Notes: generated by a model not told the origin, from the letters alone. Numbered from the stretch's first letter, positions 11,248 to 24,766 are shown. The stretch is 64,000 nt of DNA from an uncultured delta proteobacterium (GCA_963822965.1 CAWGJT010000012.1:64001-128000); one strand, 5' to 3'. Made by a program: numbers and translations.

Positions 11248-11997
11248 TCAGAGCCGGTTGATGAGGGTGGCGACGTTCGCGGCGCCGAACCCGTTGTCGA
11301 TGTTCACGACCGTGACGTTCGACGCGCAGCTCGTCAGCATGCCCAGCAGCGCCGCGACTCCGCCCAGGGACGCTCCATATCCGACGCTCGTCGGAACGGC
11401 GATCACGGGCTTGTCCACGAGCCCGCCGACCACCGAGGGCAGCGCTCCCTCCATGCCGGCCACCACGATCAAGACCCGGGCCGAGCGCAGCCGCTCCACG
11501 GACGCGAGCAGCCGGTGCACACCGGCCACGCCCACGTCCTGCAGCAGGTCGACCTCGTTGCCGAAGCGCCGGGCGACGGCGGCGGCCTCGGCGGCCACGG
11601 GCAGGTCCGCCGTGCCGGCGGTCACGACCGCGACGGTGCCCTTGCCCACCACGGGCACGTCCGCGGGCCCGAACCACAAGATGCGGGCCACCGGGTCGTA
11701 CTCCCCCCCGGCCAGCTCGCGCCGCACGGCTTCGGCCATCTCCGCCTCGAGCCGGGTGACCAGGACCGATTCACCGGCTTCCAGCAGGACCCGGACGATC
11801 TCCACGATCTGGACAGCCGTCTTGCCCGGGCCGAAGAGCACCTCGGGCAAGCCCTGGCGCAGGCCGCGATGGGTGTCGACCCGGGCGTGGGGCGTGTCGA
11901 CGAACGGGAAGCTCTTCAGCCGATCGAAGGCGTGGTCGGCAGCCAGGGCGCCGTTCGCCACGTCGTGCAGCAGCTCGAGAATTCGGTCGCGATTCAT
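11248..11997 (-). CDS. larB: Nickel pincer cofactor biosynthesis protein LarB
   Basis: AGTADLPVAAEA, DVGVAGVHRL, AGMEGALPSVVGGL, PTSVGYG, VVNIDNGFGAA. Confidence 0.95.
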   Translation of the reverse strand: MNRDRILELLHDVANGALAADHAFDRLKSFPFVDTPHARVDTHRGLRQGLPEVLFGPGKTAVQIVEIVRVLLEAGESVLVTRLEAEMAEAVRRELAGGEYDPVARILWFGPADVPVVGKGTVAVVTAGTADLPVAAEAAAVARRFGNEVDLLQDVGVAGVHRLLASVERLRSARVLIVVAGMEGALPSVVGGLVDKPVIAVPTSVGYGASLGGVAALLGMLTSCASNVTVVNIDNGFGAANVATLINRL

Positions 11998-12120
11998 GCG
12001 GGCGAGAGATTACCCCAGCCGCCGTGGAAGCCGGCGACGGGTTTCTCGCGCTGCCTCGCCTTCCGGGATGGATCTTCCGGGGGCGCTGGGGCAACGTCTC
12101 GCGGGGGAGGAGGAGGCGTG

Positions 12121-12993
12121 ATGACGGCGAGCGTGACGGCGATCCATCGCTACCCGGTGAAGAGCATGGCGGGCGAGCCCCTCGAGGCGACCCGCGTCGG
12201 GCCGAGCGGGCTACCGGGCGACCGTGCCTGGGCGGTACGCGACGAGGTGCGCGGCGGGATCCGTGGCGCCAAGAAGCTGCCGTCGCTGATGCAGTGCCGC
12301 GCCCGCTACGAGAAGCCCCCCGCCGAGGCGGGATCGAGCGCCGCCGAGATCACCCTGCCCGACGGCTCGCGGATCTCCACCTCCGACCCCGAAGCGGGGG
12401 CGCACATCTCGCGGGCGATCGGCCACGAGGTGACCCTGTGGCCCCTGATGCCCGCGGACGCAGTCGATCACTACCTGCGCGGCGCGCCGACCCACGACGA
12501 CATGGAGCAGGAGCTGCGCGCGCTCTTCGCACGCGAGCCCGACGAGCCCCTGCCGGATCTCGGGATCTTCCCGCCCGACATCCTGAAGTACGAGTCGCCG
12601 CCGGGCACCTACTTCGACGCCTTCCCGCTGCTGATCCTGAGCCAGCAGTCCCTGGACCACATGCAACAGGCCGCCCCGGCGTCGCGCTTCGACGTACGGC
12701 GCTTCCGACCGAATCTCGTGGTGGACTTCGACGCGCGAGGGTCGGGCGGCGCCGACGACGCCTTCCCGGAGCTCGCCTGGCGGGGCAAGCGCCTGCGCAT
12801 CGGCGGTGCGGTGGTGGAGGGGACCATCGAGTGTCCCCGCTGTGTGATGACCACCCACGGCTTCGACGACCTGCCGCGGGATCCGCGGGTGATGCGGGCG
12901 CTGGTGGCCCACGCCGGGGGCAATCTCGGGCTCTACGCGCGCGTGGTCGAGCCGGGCGAGATCCGCGCCGGCGATTCCGTCACGTTCGCCTGA
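12121..12993 (+). CDS. MOSC domain-containing protein
   Basis: IHRYPVKSMAGE, GDRAWA, RRFRPNLVV, CPRCVMTT; GGAGG RBS. Confidence 0.92.
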   Translation: MTASVTAIHRYPVKSMAGEPLEATRVGPSGLPGDRAWAVRDEVRGGIRGAKKLPSLMQCRARYEKPPAEAGSSAAEITLPDGSRISTSDPEAGAHISRAIGHEVTLWPLMPADAVDHYLRGAPTHDDMEQELRALFAREPDEPLPDLGIFPPDILKYESPPGTYFDAFPLLILSQQSLDHMQQAAPASRFDVRRFRPNLVVDFDARGSGGADDAFPELAWRGKRLRIGGAVVEGTIECPRCVMTTHGFDDLPRDPRVMRALVAHAGGNLGLYARVVEPGEIRAGDSVTFA

Positions 12994-13038
12994 GGGGCTT
13001 CGTCGCGCGGGCCGCAAGGGGATTCGTCGCGCGAGCCG
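12993..13038. repeat. Two-copy 22-bp direct repeat (24-bp period) between convergent genes
   Basis: AGGGGCTTCGTCGCGCGGGCCG / AGGGGATTCGTCGCGCGAGCCG. Confidence 0.7.
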
Positions 13039-13041
13039 GAT

Positions 13042-13590
13042 TCAGGCGCCGGGTCGCGGGATCAGCACCATCAGGCCCCCCAGCTCCTTGTCCTGATCCG
13101 TGAACTCGCACTCGACGCGGACGCCCGGGTCCGCGCCGCACTGCTCGCAGAGGGCCTGCAGCTGCTCGGCGGCGTCGCCGAGGGCCAGCACCGGGATGGA
13201 GGGGAGCAGGCGCTCGCCCATGCTGTCGGCGATGGCCGACGCCACGCGCGAGACGAGGATGTTGCCGAGCTCCATGATCACGGCCTCGATGCTCTCGCGC
13301 GTGAGCGGGCTCCCAACCGGCTCGCCGAGCACCTCCCGCACGACGACGTCCCGCACGGGATCGCGGAACAGGATCGCCACCACGGCGCTCAGGCAGCCTT
13401 CCAGCTCGAAGAACACCCCCGACGACCATTCGTCCGCCACCGCACAGGGCCACTTCGGATCGCGGAACACCTCGGGCGTGCGCATCTGGATCGGGCGCCG
13501 CGTGAGCTGCGAGAAGGCGCTCGCCGCATGGCCCGCACCCACGCTCGTCAGCTCTCGCATCCGGTCCGCGTCTTCCGCTCTCGACGCCAT
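13042..13590 (-). CDS. cheC: CheC-family chemotaxis phosphatase (DifG-like)
   Basis: Two CheC repeats: RELTSVGAGHAASAFSQL and MELGNILVS...LLPSIP; first repeat lacks the E-x-x-N Asn. Confidence 0.85.
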   Translation of the reverse strand: MASRAEDADRMRELTSVGAGHAASAFSQLTRRPIQMRTPEVFRDPKWPCAVADEWSSGVFFELEGCLSAVVAILFRDPVRDVVVREVLGEPVGSPLTRESIEAVIMELGNILVSRVASAIADSMGERLLPSIPVLALGDAAEQLQALCEQCGADPGVRVECEFTDQDKELGGLMVLIPRPGA

Positions 13591-13625
13591 GCTCGCTCTC
13601 CCTTTGCTCCTCGTCCCCGCACGCG

Positions 13626-15277
13626 TCAGGCGAGGTGGTTCAGGTCCAGCAGGAAGACGGGGGTCCCGTCTCCCAACACCGTGAATCCCGCCAGCAGGCG
13701 CACCTCCGCGAGGAGCTCCGGAACCGGCTTGACGTAGATCTCCTGCTGTCCGACGAATCGCTCCACGCGCACCGCCACCGGCTCGCCGCGAATGTCCACC
13801 ACCACGAGCGGCACGTTGGCCGAGGCCTGCGGCGGGGACACCGCCAGCCGCTCGGCGAGATCGATCACGAGCACGGGCTCGTCGTCGATCAGGGCGAACG
13901 ACTCCGCGCCGCTGCGCTCGATGCTCTCGGCCGGCACTTCGAGGATGCGCTCGACCTTCGTGATCGGCAGCGCGACCCGCTCCTCCGAAACGGCGCAGAG
14001 CAGCACGCGCTGCACCGCCGCGGCGATGGGCACCTGGACGCTGGTCGTCGTCCCACGACCGGGCTCGCTGCGCAGCTCGACGACCCCGCCGAGGGACTCG
14101 ATGGTCGCCTTGACGGCGTCCATCCCCACCCCGCGCCCCGAGACGGCGGACACGCTCTGCGCGGTGGACAGGCCGGGACTGAAGATCAGGGCGGCGATCT
14201 CCTCGGGCGGCAGGTCTTCGGCGAGGTCGGGGTGCAGCAGGCCGGCCTCGACGGCGCGGTTCCGCACCCCGTCCAGATCGATGCCACCGCCGTCGTCGCG
14301 GACCTCGATCACGATCGAGTCCTTCTCGCGTCGCGCCGCGATCGTGATGTGGCCCACCTCGCTCTTGCCCGCCGCGACGCGCTCCGCCGGCGACTCGATG
14401 CCGTGGTCGACGGCGTTGCGCACCATGTGGAGCAGCGGCTCGTTGAGGCGGTCGAGGATGGAGCGATCGAGGTCGAGCTCCGCGCCCACGAGCTCCACCT
14501 CGACGCGCTTGCCCAGCTGGGCGGCCACCTCCCGGGCGGTGCGCGGCAGGGTCTCCATCACGCGCAGCAGCGGGGTCGTGCGCAGGTCGAGCACGCGCCG
14601 CTGCAGCTCGGTGACCCGCCGCTCCACCGCGTCGAAGCCGGCGGAGAGCTCGGCGCCCAGCTGCTGGGCGACGGCGGCGGTGCGCAGCTGGCTGGAGCTG
14701 AGGATCACCTCGCCTACCGCGCCGAGGAAGCGATCGAGGGTCTCGGTGCGCACGCGCACCGAGGACTGCAGACCGGGGGCCGAGGCGCTGCGGGAGGGGC
14801 TCCCGTCGGGTGGCGCTAGCTCAGGACTTTTTTTTTCAGCCGGTCGGCGGGGGGCGCTTCGACGGGGTCGCCCGGCGGCGGGGACTCGCTAGCCGCCGCG
14901 GTCGCGACCCGGATGGAGGCCACCAGCTCGGGCTGGTGGGGCGGTGCCTCGCCCGTCTCCCGGACCACGGCCACCATGCCCTCGAGGCCTTCCAGCCCGT
15001 GGAAGAGCGCGGCCATCTCGGGCCCCGCCTCGACGCGGCCCCGGGTGCGCACGCCCTCCATGCGGTCCTCCAGGGCGTGGGCGAGCTCTGCGATCGACTC
15101 GTACTCCAGCGACGCCGCCATCGACTTGATGGAGTGCGCCATCCGGAAGATCGCGTCGATCGACTCGCTGGCTCCGCTGTCCTTCTCGAGGGCGAGCAGA
15201 GCCGTGCTGATCTCGGAGAGGTGCTCGGCAGCCTCCTCGAGGAACAGCTTGCGGTACTTGGCCATGTCGAGGCCCAA
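13626..15277 (-). CDS. cheA: Chemotaxis histidine kinase CheA, split by a -1 frame change at an A9 run (Hpt ORF 14816-15277; dimerisation/HATPase/CheW ORF ending at 13626)
   Basis: Hpt IFRMAHSIKSMA; VRVRTETLD, HMVRNAVDHGIE, DDGGGID, SGRGVGMD, C-terminal CheW domain; alternative ATG at 15265. Confidence 0.9.
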
Positions 15278-15281
15278 GCGA

Positions 15282-15656
15282 TCAGTCCTCGCTCTTCTCG
15301 AGAACCTTCGCGAGGGTGCTCAGCACGTTGTCGGGCTTGAAGGGCTTCACGATGAAGTCCTTGGCGCCCGCCTGGAGAGCCTCCATCACGAGGGTCTCCT
15401 GGCCCAACGCGCTGCACATCACCACCTGCGCGGTCGGCGTCTTCTCGAGGATGCCCTTGACGGCGTCGATCCCCGAGCGCTTGGGCATCACGATGTCCAT
15501 CGTGACGAGATCCGGGTGCAGTCGCTCGTACTGCTCCACGGCTTCGACCCCGTCGGTCGCCTCACCGACCACCTCGTACCCCTCCGGCTCGATGATCTCC
15601 CGGATCATCTGACGCATGAAGGAGGCATCGTCCGCAATCAGAACTCGTGCCTTCAT
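15282..15656 (-). CDS. cheY: CheY-like response regulator (DifD-like)
   Basis: [31 protein letters not shown]. Confidence 0.93.
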   Translation of the reverse strand: MKARVLIADDASFMRQMIREIIEPEGYEVVGEATDGVEAVEQYERLHPDLVTMDIVMPKRSGIDAVKGILEKTPTAQVVMCSALGQETLVMEALQAGAKDFIVKPFKPDNVLSTLAKVLEKSED

Positions 15657-15687
15657 CGTCTCCCCCGTGTTGAACCGAGACACCGCC

Positions 15688-16221
15688 TCAGGCGACGCGC
15701 TCGATCACCTGTTTGGCCCGCTCGACGAGTCGACGCGGATCCAGGACGCTCACCACGCGACCCTCCACGGGCCGCCTCTCCACCACCAGACGGCCGCCAC
15801 CCCGGCGTCGCCGGGCCCCGTCGACCAGGCCGATCACGCGGTCGATGGGAAGCCCCAGCTGCGCGGGCTCGTCGTCCCGCGCAGAGACCACGAGCACGTG
15901 ATGCCGCGCGAGCCGCGAGCCGGAGCCGACCTCCGTCGCCCCGTCTTCCGAATCGGACGCCGCCGCCTCGTCCGCGTCCGGTCCGCGGTCGTCCGCATCC
16001 GCGTCCTGCAGGAGCATCAGCGTCGACACCACCGGCAGCGCGTCGCCGTGCCAGTTCATCACGCCCACCAGATCGCGCGAGATCGTCGGGACGCAGCAGA
16101 TGCGCTGGACCTCGGCCACCTCGTGCACCTCGGCGATCGGCAGGGCGTACACCGCGGAGGCGACCTCGAAGGTGAGCAGGCGCTCGGCGTCGGCGGTGGT
16201 GGGGGTCGGCGAGGGGGTCAT
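15688..16221 (-). CDS. cheW: CheW coupling protein (DifC-like)
   Basis: [23 protein letters not shown]...[29 protein letters not shown] overlap with MCP stop; acidic internal insertion. Confidence 0.85.
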   Translation of the reverse strand: MTPSPTPTTADAERLLTFEVASAVYALPIAEVHEVAEVQRICCVPTISRDLVGVMNWHGDALPVVSTLMLLQDADADDRGPDADEAAASDSEDGATEVGSGSRLARHHVLVVSARDDEPAQLGLPIDRVIGLVDGARRRRGGGRLVVERRPVEGRVVSVLDPRRLVERAKQVIERVA

Positions 16222-17522
16222 CCGGCGCCCTCCCCGGCCGACTTCGTGTCTTCGTCCGCCACCACCGTGTCCGTGCGGAAGCTTCCCAGCGATCCCCGCA
16301 AGGCGTCGGCGAGCTTCGAGAGCGCCTCCGAGCTGCCCAGGGTGGAGGTCACCGCCTCGAGCTGGACCCGAGCGGTGCGGGAGACGTCCTCGATGGCGGC
16401 CGCGTTGCCGCGCGCAACCGTGGAGATCTCCTCCATCGAAGTCACCATGCGGTCCGTGCTGAGCGACTGCGTGTCGGCGCCGTGGAAGATCTCCTCCGCG
16501 CGCGCTGCGGCCTCGCCGACGGCCATGCTGATCTGCTCGAGGGAGGCGGCGATGGTGTTCACGTCCTCGCGTCCCTCGCCGATCACCTGGCTCGACTGGC
16601 GCATCTCGTCGGCCACCTCGCCGGTGTCGGACTGGATCTCGTGGATCAGCTTCGAGATCTCGTCGGCGCTGCGGCCGACGCTCTCGGCGAGCTTGCGGAT
16701 CTCGTCCGCCACCACCGAGAAGCCCCGGCCGGCCTCGCCGGCGCGCGCCGCCTCGATGGACGCGTTCAGCGAGAGCAGGTTGGTGCGGTGCGCGACGCTG
16801 GTGATGATCTCGGTGATCTGGTGCACGTGGCGCGTCTTCGCCTCGAGGTCGAAGACCTTGCCGCCTGCCTGCTCCACCCGCTCGAAGACCGTCCGCATCT
16901 TCTCGATGGCCAGGCGCGCCACCTCGACGCCGGTGCCCGCCTTCTGGTTCGCCTCGGCGGCGAAGCCGAAGGCCTCGCGCGCCCGTCACGCGTTGAGGTC
17001 GATCTCGGTGGCGATCTCCTGGATCAGGCGCGCCGCGTCGTCGAGCATCTCCTGCTCGGTCTCGACGCTGCGGGCGATCTCCTCCACGGTGGCCGAGATG
17101 CCCTCGTTGCCGCTGCGCACGTGGTGGATCGAGTCGGTGAGGTCCCGGGCCGAGGTCGTGACGCTCGCCGCCGTGCGCTGCACGCTGCCCACCATCTCGC
17201 GCAGGTGGGCGAGCATCCCGCGCAGACTTTCGGAGAGCTCGTCGATCTCGTCCGGCAGGCGGGAGCTCGCGGTGAAGGGGAGGTCGGCGCGCAGGTCGCC
17301 GCCGCGGATCTGGGAGGTGAGGCGCAGCAGCTGCTCGAACTTCTGGCCGAGGATGCGGGAGAGCGCGAAGCCGATGCCCCCGCCCACGCCGAGGGCGATG
17401 AAGAGCGCCCCCCAGGACGGAAAGTCCAGGCCGCGGACGCGAAGGAACTCGGGCAGCGTGATCGCGGCACCGGCCACGATCAGGGATCCGAGCACGAACT
17501 TGTGGGTCAGCGCGATTCGCAC
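16218..17522 (-). CDS. Methyl-accepting chemotaxis protein (DifA-like: two TM helices with minimal periplasmic loop, HAMP), with an in-frame TGA at 16986-16988
   Basis: HAMP (GGDLRAD...[10 protein letters not shown]), signalling tip [35 protein letters not shown]; both ORF halves are in the same frame. Confidence 0.88.
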
Positions 17523-17529
17523 GACCTGC

Positions 17530-17557
17530 GTATCGGCCCCCGCGCCCGGGACCTTGA
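17530..17557 (-). promoter_or_regulatory. Putative sigma28 (FliA/WhiG)-like promoter of the che operon
   Basis: TCAAG-N15-GCCGATAC ending 7 nt before the MCP GTG start. Confidence 0.6.
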
Positions 17558-17670
17558 CGGGAGAGAGTCGCGTAAGGGCCCGAAAACCGGGAGCTTCCGG
17601 GGATCCGGAGGCGCTGGGGGGCGCTGCCGCCCCAGGCATGCGGCCGCCCGGCCGGGGGGCACGCCCCCGC

Positions 17671-18622
17671 TCAGAAGTGACGCCAGCCGCCCGCCCCGGA
17701 GACCCCCTGGATGCCCGGCCGCGGCGTGATGCGGCCCACCTCGGTGACGGGCACGCCCAGGCGTCGCGAGAGCACCGAGGCCGGTCGCTTCCGGGCCGCC
17801 GCCGCGCGCACTGTGAAGAGAAGTTCATAGTCCTCGCCGCCGGAGGTGAGCAGCCGTTCGGCGTCGAGGCCGAGCCGGCGGCAGGCCGCGTCGAAGCCGC
17901 CGGCTCGCGGAATCCGGGACGGCTCGATCACCGCGCCGAGCCCGCTGTCCTCGAGCAGGTGACCGAGGTCGGCGGCCAGCCCGTCGGAGACGTCGATGCA
18001 GCCGCCCACGCCGGCCAGCCGCGTGAGCGCCCGACCCGCCCGCAGGCGCGGGGTCGGCAGGCTGCGGATCGTGCCGCCCCGCTCGGCCCGGGCGACGGCG
18101 AGGGCCGCACCGCCCAGGGTGCCGGTCACGAAGACGCGGTCGCCGGCCCGCACGCGATGCCGCCGCAGCGCTCGGCCCCGTTCGACCGAGCCCACCACGG
18201 TGATCGAGACGGACGTCTCGCGCGCGAGGGCCAGGTTGCCGCCGACCAGCGGGCAGCCATGGATGCGGCCCTCGTGGATCAGCCCCTGCACGAGGCCGCG
18301 CGCGAGACGGAGCTCGAGGTCGGGCGGCGCGCACAGGGCCGCGACGCACGCGAGCGGCGACGCCCCCATGGCGGCCAGGTCCGAGAGGTTGGCCACCAGG
18401 GCCCGGCGCCCGACGAGCCGCGCCGATTGCGTGCGCCAGCGGAAGTGGACGTCCTCGACCAGGGAGTCGGTGCTCACTACCAGGTCCTGGCCGGGCGGCG
18501 CCCGCAGCACCGCGCCGTCGTCGCCGGGTCCCTGCACGACGGCCGGGCCCGCCGCGTCGTCCACCGCAGCGGGAGATCAGCTCGATCAGGCCGAACTCCC
18601 CGACGTCCCGCAGCCTGCGCAT
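17671..18622 (-). CDS. thiL: Thiamine-monophosphate kinase ThiL (one apparent frameshift at ~18545-18570)
   Basis: GEFGLI at N-terminus in one frame; [38 protein letters not shown] in the other. Confidence 0.9.
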
Positions 18623-18642
18623 GGGGGCAGGCTAGTGCGTCG

Positions 18643-18679
18643 GCGTCGGTTCGAGAAGGTCCGCGTCGGTTCGAGAAGG

Positions 18680-18696
<17 letters not shown>
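18643..18696. repeat. Tandem 20-bp repeat (2 copies plus a partial) overlapping the lon stop
   Basis: GCGTCGGTTCGAGAAGGTC at 18643 and 18663; third TTCGAGAAG at 18687. Confidence 0.75.
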
Positions 18697-21090
<2,394 letters not shown>

Positions 21091-21099
21091 TTGGGGACT

Positions 21100-21127
21100 C
21101 TTTCGTCGGAGCGGATAGGCGACTTGA
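21100..21127 (-). promoter_or_regulatory. Putative sigma28-like promoter of lon
   Basis: TCAAG-N15-GACGAAAG 9 nt before the lon ATG. Confidence 0.45.
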
Positions 21128-21330
21128 GATCGCGGAGACCACGTTCCGCATCTGCGCGCGACGCCTGGCGCCGGAGCCGAACGAAGCACGGAAGTGCAAC
21201 TGACGCGCAGCGCGATCCGCTTCGCGCCGACACGCCGTCTCGAGTCGGCGACGGCGCGTCGACGCCCGCCGGCGGCGGTCGGCCTCGGACCGAGGTGCCC
21301 GGAGTCGGGATTTCGTCGGAGGTCGCGCTC

Positions 21331-23490
21331 CTAGTCGAGCGGGACCATGCGCGAGCCGCGGATGCGCAGCAGGAAGGGACGTTTGCGCGCGTTGCCGTCG
21401 GGGCGCAGGCTCATGACGCCGGACGCGCCGGGATACGCCTGCATGCGAAGGATTCCTTCGCGGATTTCGTCGGGCGTCGTGAAGCCGCGCGCGAGCTGCA
21501 CGAGAACGAGGTCCGTGGCGTCGTAGGCGTGGGCCGAAAAGGCGTCGGGCTCCGCGTCGAAGACGAGCCGGTAGTGGTCGACGAAGTCCGACACGAAGGG
21601 GAAGCGGCTCTCGGGATCGAAGACCGCCGAGATGACGGCGCCCGAGACGTGCTCCCGCGCGATCTCCATCAGCTCGGGGTGGTACCAGTCGCCGGAGCCG
21701 AGGAGCTGCACGCCCGTGAGCTCGTTGAAGGCCAGCTGGGGCGCCAGCAGGCCGATCTGCTCGTAGCCGTCCGGGATGAAGAGCGCGTCGAAGTCGACGA
21801 TGGGCGGCAGCCGCTGGCCCTCCGGCCCGATCATCTTCTCCGCGATCTGACGCGCGATCACGGCGCCCTCGGGCGGCAGGCGCCGGCCCCGGCGCAGGAA
21901 GCTGTCCCGCTCGACGAGTGCGCTCTGCTCGGACGAGGTCAGCAGCGGATAGCCGATCATGGCGCGGATCGAGCTGCCGAAGTCCGTGGCCCCGGGCTCG
22001 TAGGCGGCGGCGGCCACGAGGAAGCCGCCCAGCCCCTCCACGGCGTGCCAGAACTCGTCGCGCATGCCGCGCCCGTAGCCGTCGTCGGGATAGAGGATCG
22101 CGAAGCGGCGCGCGCCGAGCTGGTGGAACGCGTAGTCGACGAGATAGCGGACCTCGTCCTCGGGCGTCGTGCGCAGGCGGAACACGAAGGGGCGGTCGTG
22201 GGCCACCGACTCGCGGGTGGTGAGCGCGAGCAGGGGCACGCCCTCGTCCTCGGCGGTCCGACCGGCAGCCTCGCTGATGTTCGAGAGCACGGGGCCGACG
22301 ATGGCCGACACCTTCTCGAGACGGGCCAGCTCCCGCACCGCCGCCGCCGCACGCGCGGGATCGCCCGCGGTGTCCCGCACCACGACCCGCACCCGCCCCT
22401 TGCCGGCGGCGGCGCCGGCCGGGCCGGCGGCGGAATCGGCGGTCGCGGGCGCGGCCTCCTCGTCGAAGATGCCGGCGGCGAGCAGGATGCCCCGGAGGCT
22501 CTCCTCGCCGTAGGACGCGTAGGCACCCGAGAGCGGCAGCAGTGCGCCGATGGTTCCCGAAGCGCCGGCGTGGGAGGGCACCGGCTGAGCGGCCACCTCC
22601 GCGAAGCTCGGGAGCAGCTCGTTCACCCCGCGCCCGGACTCGTAGAGCTCCATTCGCAGGGACAGCTGCTCCAGGAGCTTGTGGTCGGCGTCGCTCAGGG
22701 CGAGCCCGCCCGCGACGCGAAGCTCGTCGCTGGCGTCGTCGTAGTGGCCCACGTCCATGCTTCGCTGCGCGAGTCGGAGGGCCACCCGGGCCGCGGGGGG
22801 ACGCCCATCCAGCAGCTTCCAGGCGCGCTGCAGCTCTTCGAGCGTGAGCGCGTCGACGGCCGATACGATCTCCGCATCCATCAGCGCGAGCGACTCGTCC
22901 TGCACCCCGGAGTCGACGGCCGCATCCCGCGCGGCCGCCAGCCACTGCACCCGCGCGGCGCGGTCCTCGGCGACGTCGGCCCGCAGCCGGTAGGCCAGGC
23001 GCTTCTGCTCGGGGGTGAGCCGTCGGATCCGCAGGTCGCGCAGCACCTCGCGCGCCATCTCGTAGTCGCCGGTCTGCGCCTGCAGCCGCGCGAGCTGGAG
23101 CCGCGCCAGGTCGCTGTGCTCGCCGCGCGGATGATTGCGCAGCAGCCAGCCGAGCCAGAAGACCGCCTTCGAGCGATCGTCCGCATCGAGGGCGAGCTCG
23201 GCTCGCTGGTAGGCGGCGGTCTCGGCCAGGCCGCTCTCGCGGTAGGTACGCAGGAAGAGCTCGAGCCGGCGGGCGCCCTCCTGGGGGTCGCCGGGAAGCA
23301 CCGAGACCGCCTGCTCGTAGGCGCGGCGCTCCTCTTCGGTGGCCTTGGGCGTCGCGCACGAGAGCTGGAAGAGGAGCGCGAGCCCCACCAGCACCGGCAC
23401 GAGCGCCCGCAATCGACCGGAAGCGCGGGGTCCGCCCGCGGCACCCGTCCCGCGCAGCACAGCGCTCACCCCGGACGGCGCGCCCCTCAC
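21331..23490 (-). CDS. LpoA/LppC-like lipoprotein (TPR region + periplasmic binding protein type 1 fold; penicillin-binding protein activator family)
   Basis: Lipobox [39 protein letters not shown]; start uncertain. Confidence 0.78.
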   Translation of the reverse strand: MRGAPSGVSAVLRGTGAAGGPRASGRLRALVPVLVGLALLFQLSCATPKATEEERRAYEQAVSVLPGDPQEGARRLELFLRTYRESGLAETAAYQRAELALDADDRSKAVFWLGWLLRNHPRGEHSDLARLQLARLQAQTGDYEMAREVLRDLRIRRLTPEQKRLAYRLRADVAEDRAARVQWLAAARDAAVDSGVQDESLALMDAEIVSAVDALTLEELQRAWKLLDGRPPAARVALRLAQRSMDVGHYDDASDELRVAGGLALSDADHKLLEQLSLRMELYESGRGVNELLPSFAEVAAQPVPSHAGASGTIGALLPLSGAYASYGEESLRGILLAAGIFDEEAAPATADSAAGPAGAAAGKGRVRVVVRDTAGDPARAAAAVRELARLEKVSAIVGPVLSNISEAAGRTAEDEGVPLLALTTRESVAHDRPFVFRLRTTPEDEVRYLVDYAFHQLGARRFAILYPDDGYGRGMRDEFWHAVEGLGGFLVAAAAYEPGATDFGSSIRAMIGYPLLTSSEQSALVERDSFLRRGRRLPPEGAVIARQIAEKMIGPEGQRLPPIVDFDALFIPDGYEQIGLLAPQLAFNELTGVQLLGSGDWYHPELMEIAREHVSGAVISAVFDPESRFPFVSDFVDHYRLVFDAEPDAFSAHAYDATDLVLVQLARGFTTPDEIREGILRMQAYPGASGVMSLRPDGNARKRPFLLRIRGSRMVPLD

Positions 23491-24629
23491 CCGAAGAGAT
23501 CCCGCAGCTTGTCCATGAATCCCTTCGTGTGCGGCGAGACCTCGGCACCGGTCTCGTCGGCGAACTCCTCGAGCAGCTCGCGCTGGCGTTCGGTGAGCCG
23601 CGTGGGTACCTCGACGAAGATGCGGACGAAGATGTCGCCGCGCATGCGCTCGCGCTGCTCGGGCTCGAGGCGGGGCTGCAGGGGCGGCAGCCCCTTGCCG
23701 CGCAGCCGCAGCGTCTTGCCTGACTGGGTGCCTTCCGGGACGCGCACCGTCACGCGGCCCTCGAGGCTCGGCGCCTCGATCTCGCCGCCCAGGGCCGCGA
23801 CCACGAACGGGACCGGCACCTCGCAGTGCAGGTCGCGTCCATCACGCTCGAAGAGGGGGTGCGGTCGGACGGAGACCACCACGTAGAGATCCCCCGGCCC
23901 GCCGCCGGCGATCCCGGCCTCGCCCTCGCCGACGAGACGCAGCCGTGCGCCGTGATCGATCCCCGCCGGCACTCGGACGGTGATGGTCTGCTGTCCTTCC
24001 ACGCGACCGCTGCCGCGGCAGTCGGTGCAGGGATCGGTGACGATCGCGCCGGCTCCCCCGCACACGTCACACGGGCGGTTCACGCGGAAGAAGCCCTGCT
24101 GGAACGCGATCTGGCCCATGCCGCGGCAGCGCTCGCAGGTCTTGGGCGGGCGCCCCTCGCGGCTGCCGCTTCCGGAGCACGTCTCGCACGGGCGCATCTT
24201 CGGGATCTTGATGGACGCCTCGCTGCCGGCGAGGACGTCGTGCAGGTCGATCTCGAGGTTGTAGCGGAGGTCGGCGCCGCGCTGTCCCCGGCCCCGGGAG
24301 CGGCCGAAGCCACCACCGCCGCCGAAGATGTCCCCGAACAGATCGTTGAAGAGATCGGTGAAGCCGCCGAGATCGCCGAAGTCCGCCGGCCCGGCGCCGC
24401 CCATGCCCACGCCCTGATGACCGTAGCGGTCGTAGCGCGCCCGCTTGTCCGGATCGGACAGCACCGCATAGGCTTCGGAGATCTGCTTGAAGCGCTCTTC
24501 GGCGGCCGGGTCGTCCGGATTGCGGTCGGGATGGCACTCGAGGGCGAGCTTCCGGTACGCCTTCTTGAGCTCACCCTCGCTCACGCCGCGGTCGACGCCG
24601 AGCACCTCGTAGTAGTCGCGCTTGCTCAA
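23487..24629 (-). CDS. dnaJ: Chaperone DnaJ
   Basis: [13 protein letters not shown]-rich region, four CxxCxGxG repeats. Confidence 0.98.
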   Translation of the reverse strand: MSKRDYYEVLGVDRGVSEGELKKAYRKLALECHPDRNPDDPAAEERFKQISEAYAVLSDPDKRARYDRYGHQGVGMGGAGPADFGDLGGFTDLFNDLFGDIFGGGGGFGRSRGRGQRGADLRYNLEIDLHDVLAGSEASIKIPKMRPCETCSGSGSREGRPPKTCERCRGMGQIAFQQGFFRVNRPCDVCGGAGAIVTDPCTDCRGSGRVEGQQTITVRVPAGIDHGARLRLVGEGEAGIAGGGPGDLYVVVSVRPHPLFERDGRDLHCEVPVPFVVAALGGEIEAPSLEGRVTVRVPEGTQSGKTLRLRGKGLPPLQPRLEPEQRERMRGDIFVRIFVEVPTRLTERQRELLEEFADETGAEVSPHTKGFMDKLRDLFG

Positions 24630-24766
24630 GGGGCGGCTTCTCTCGCGTCCGTCTGGTCTCTGGCACGCTGCGCAGGGCTTCGGTCCGGCGTTCGTGCAAG
24701 GGGGATTCGGCTCTGCGGCGCCAGGGCGCCCGGCTTCCGGCTCCGGGGAGAGCTCGCGGGTCGAGT

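Noticed and set aside
16986..16988. Selenocysteine at the MCP UGA
   Set aside because: Position lies in a coiled coil with no redox role, and no sel genes are in the window; kept only as a generic stop/readthrough observation
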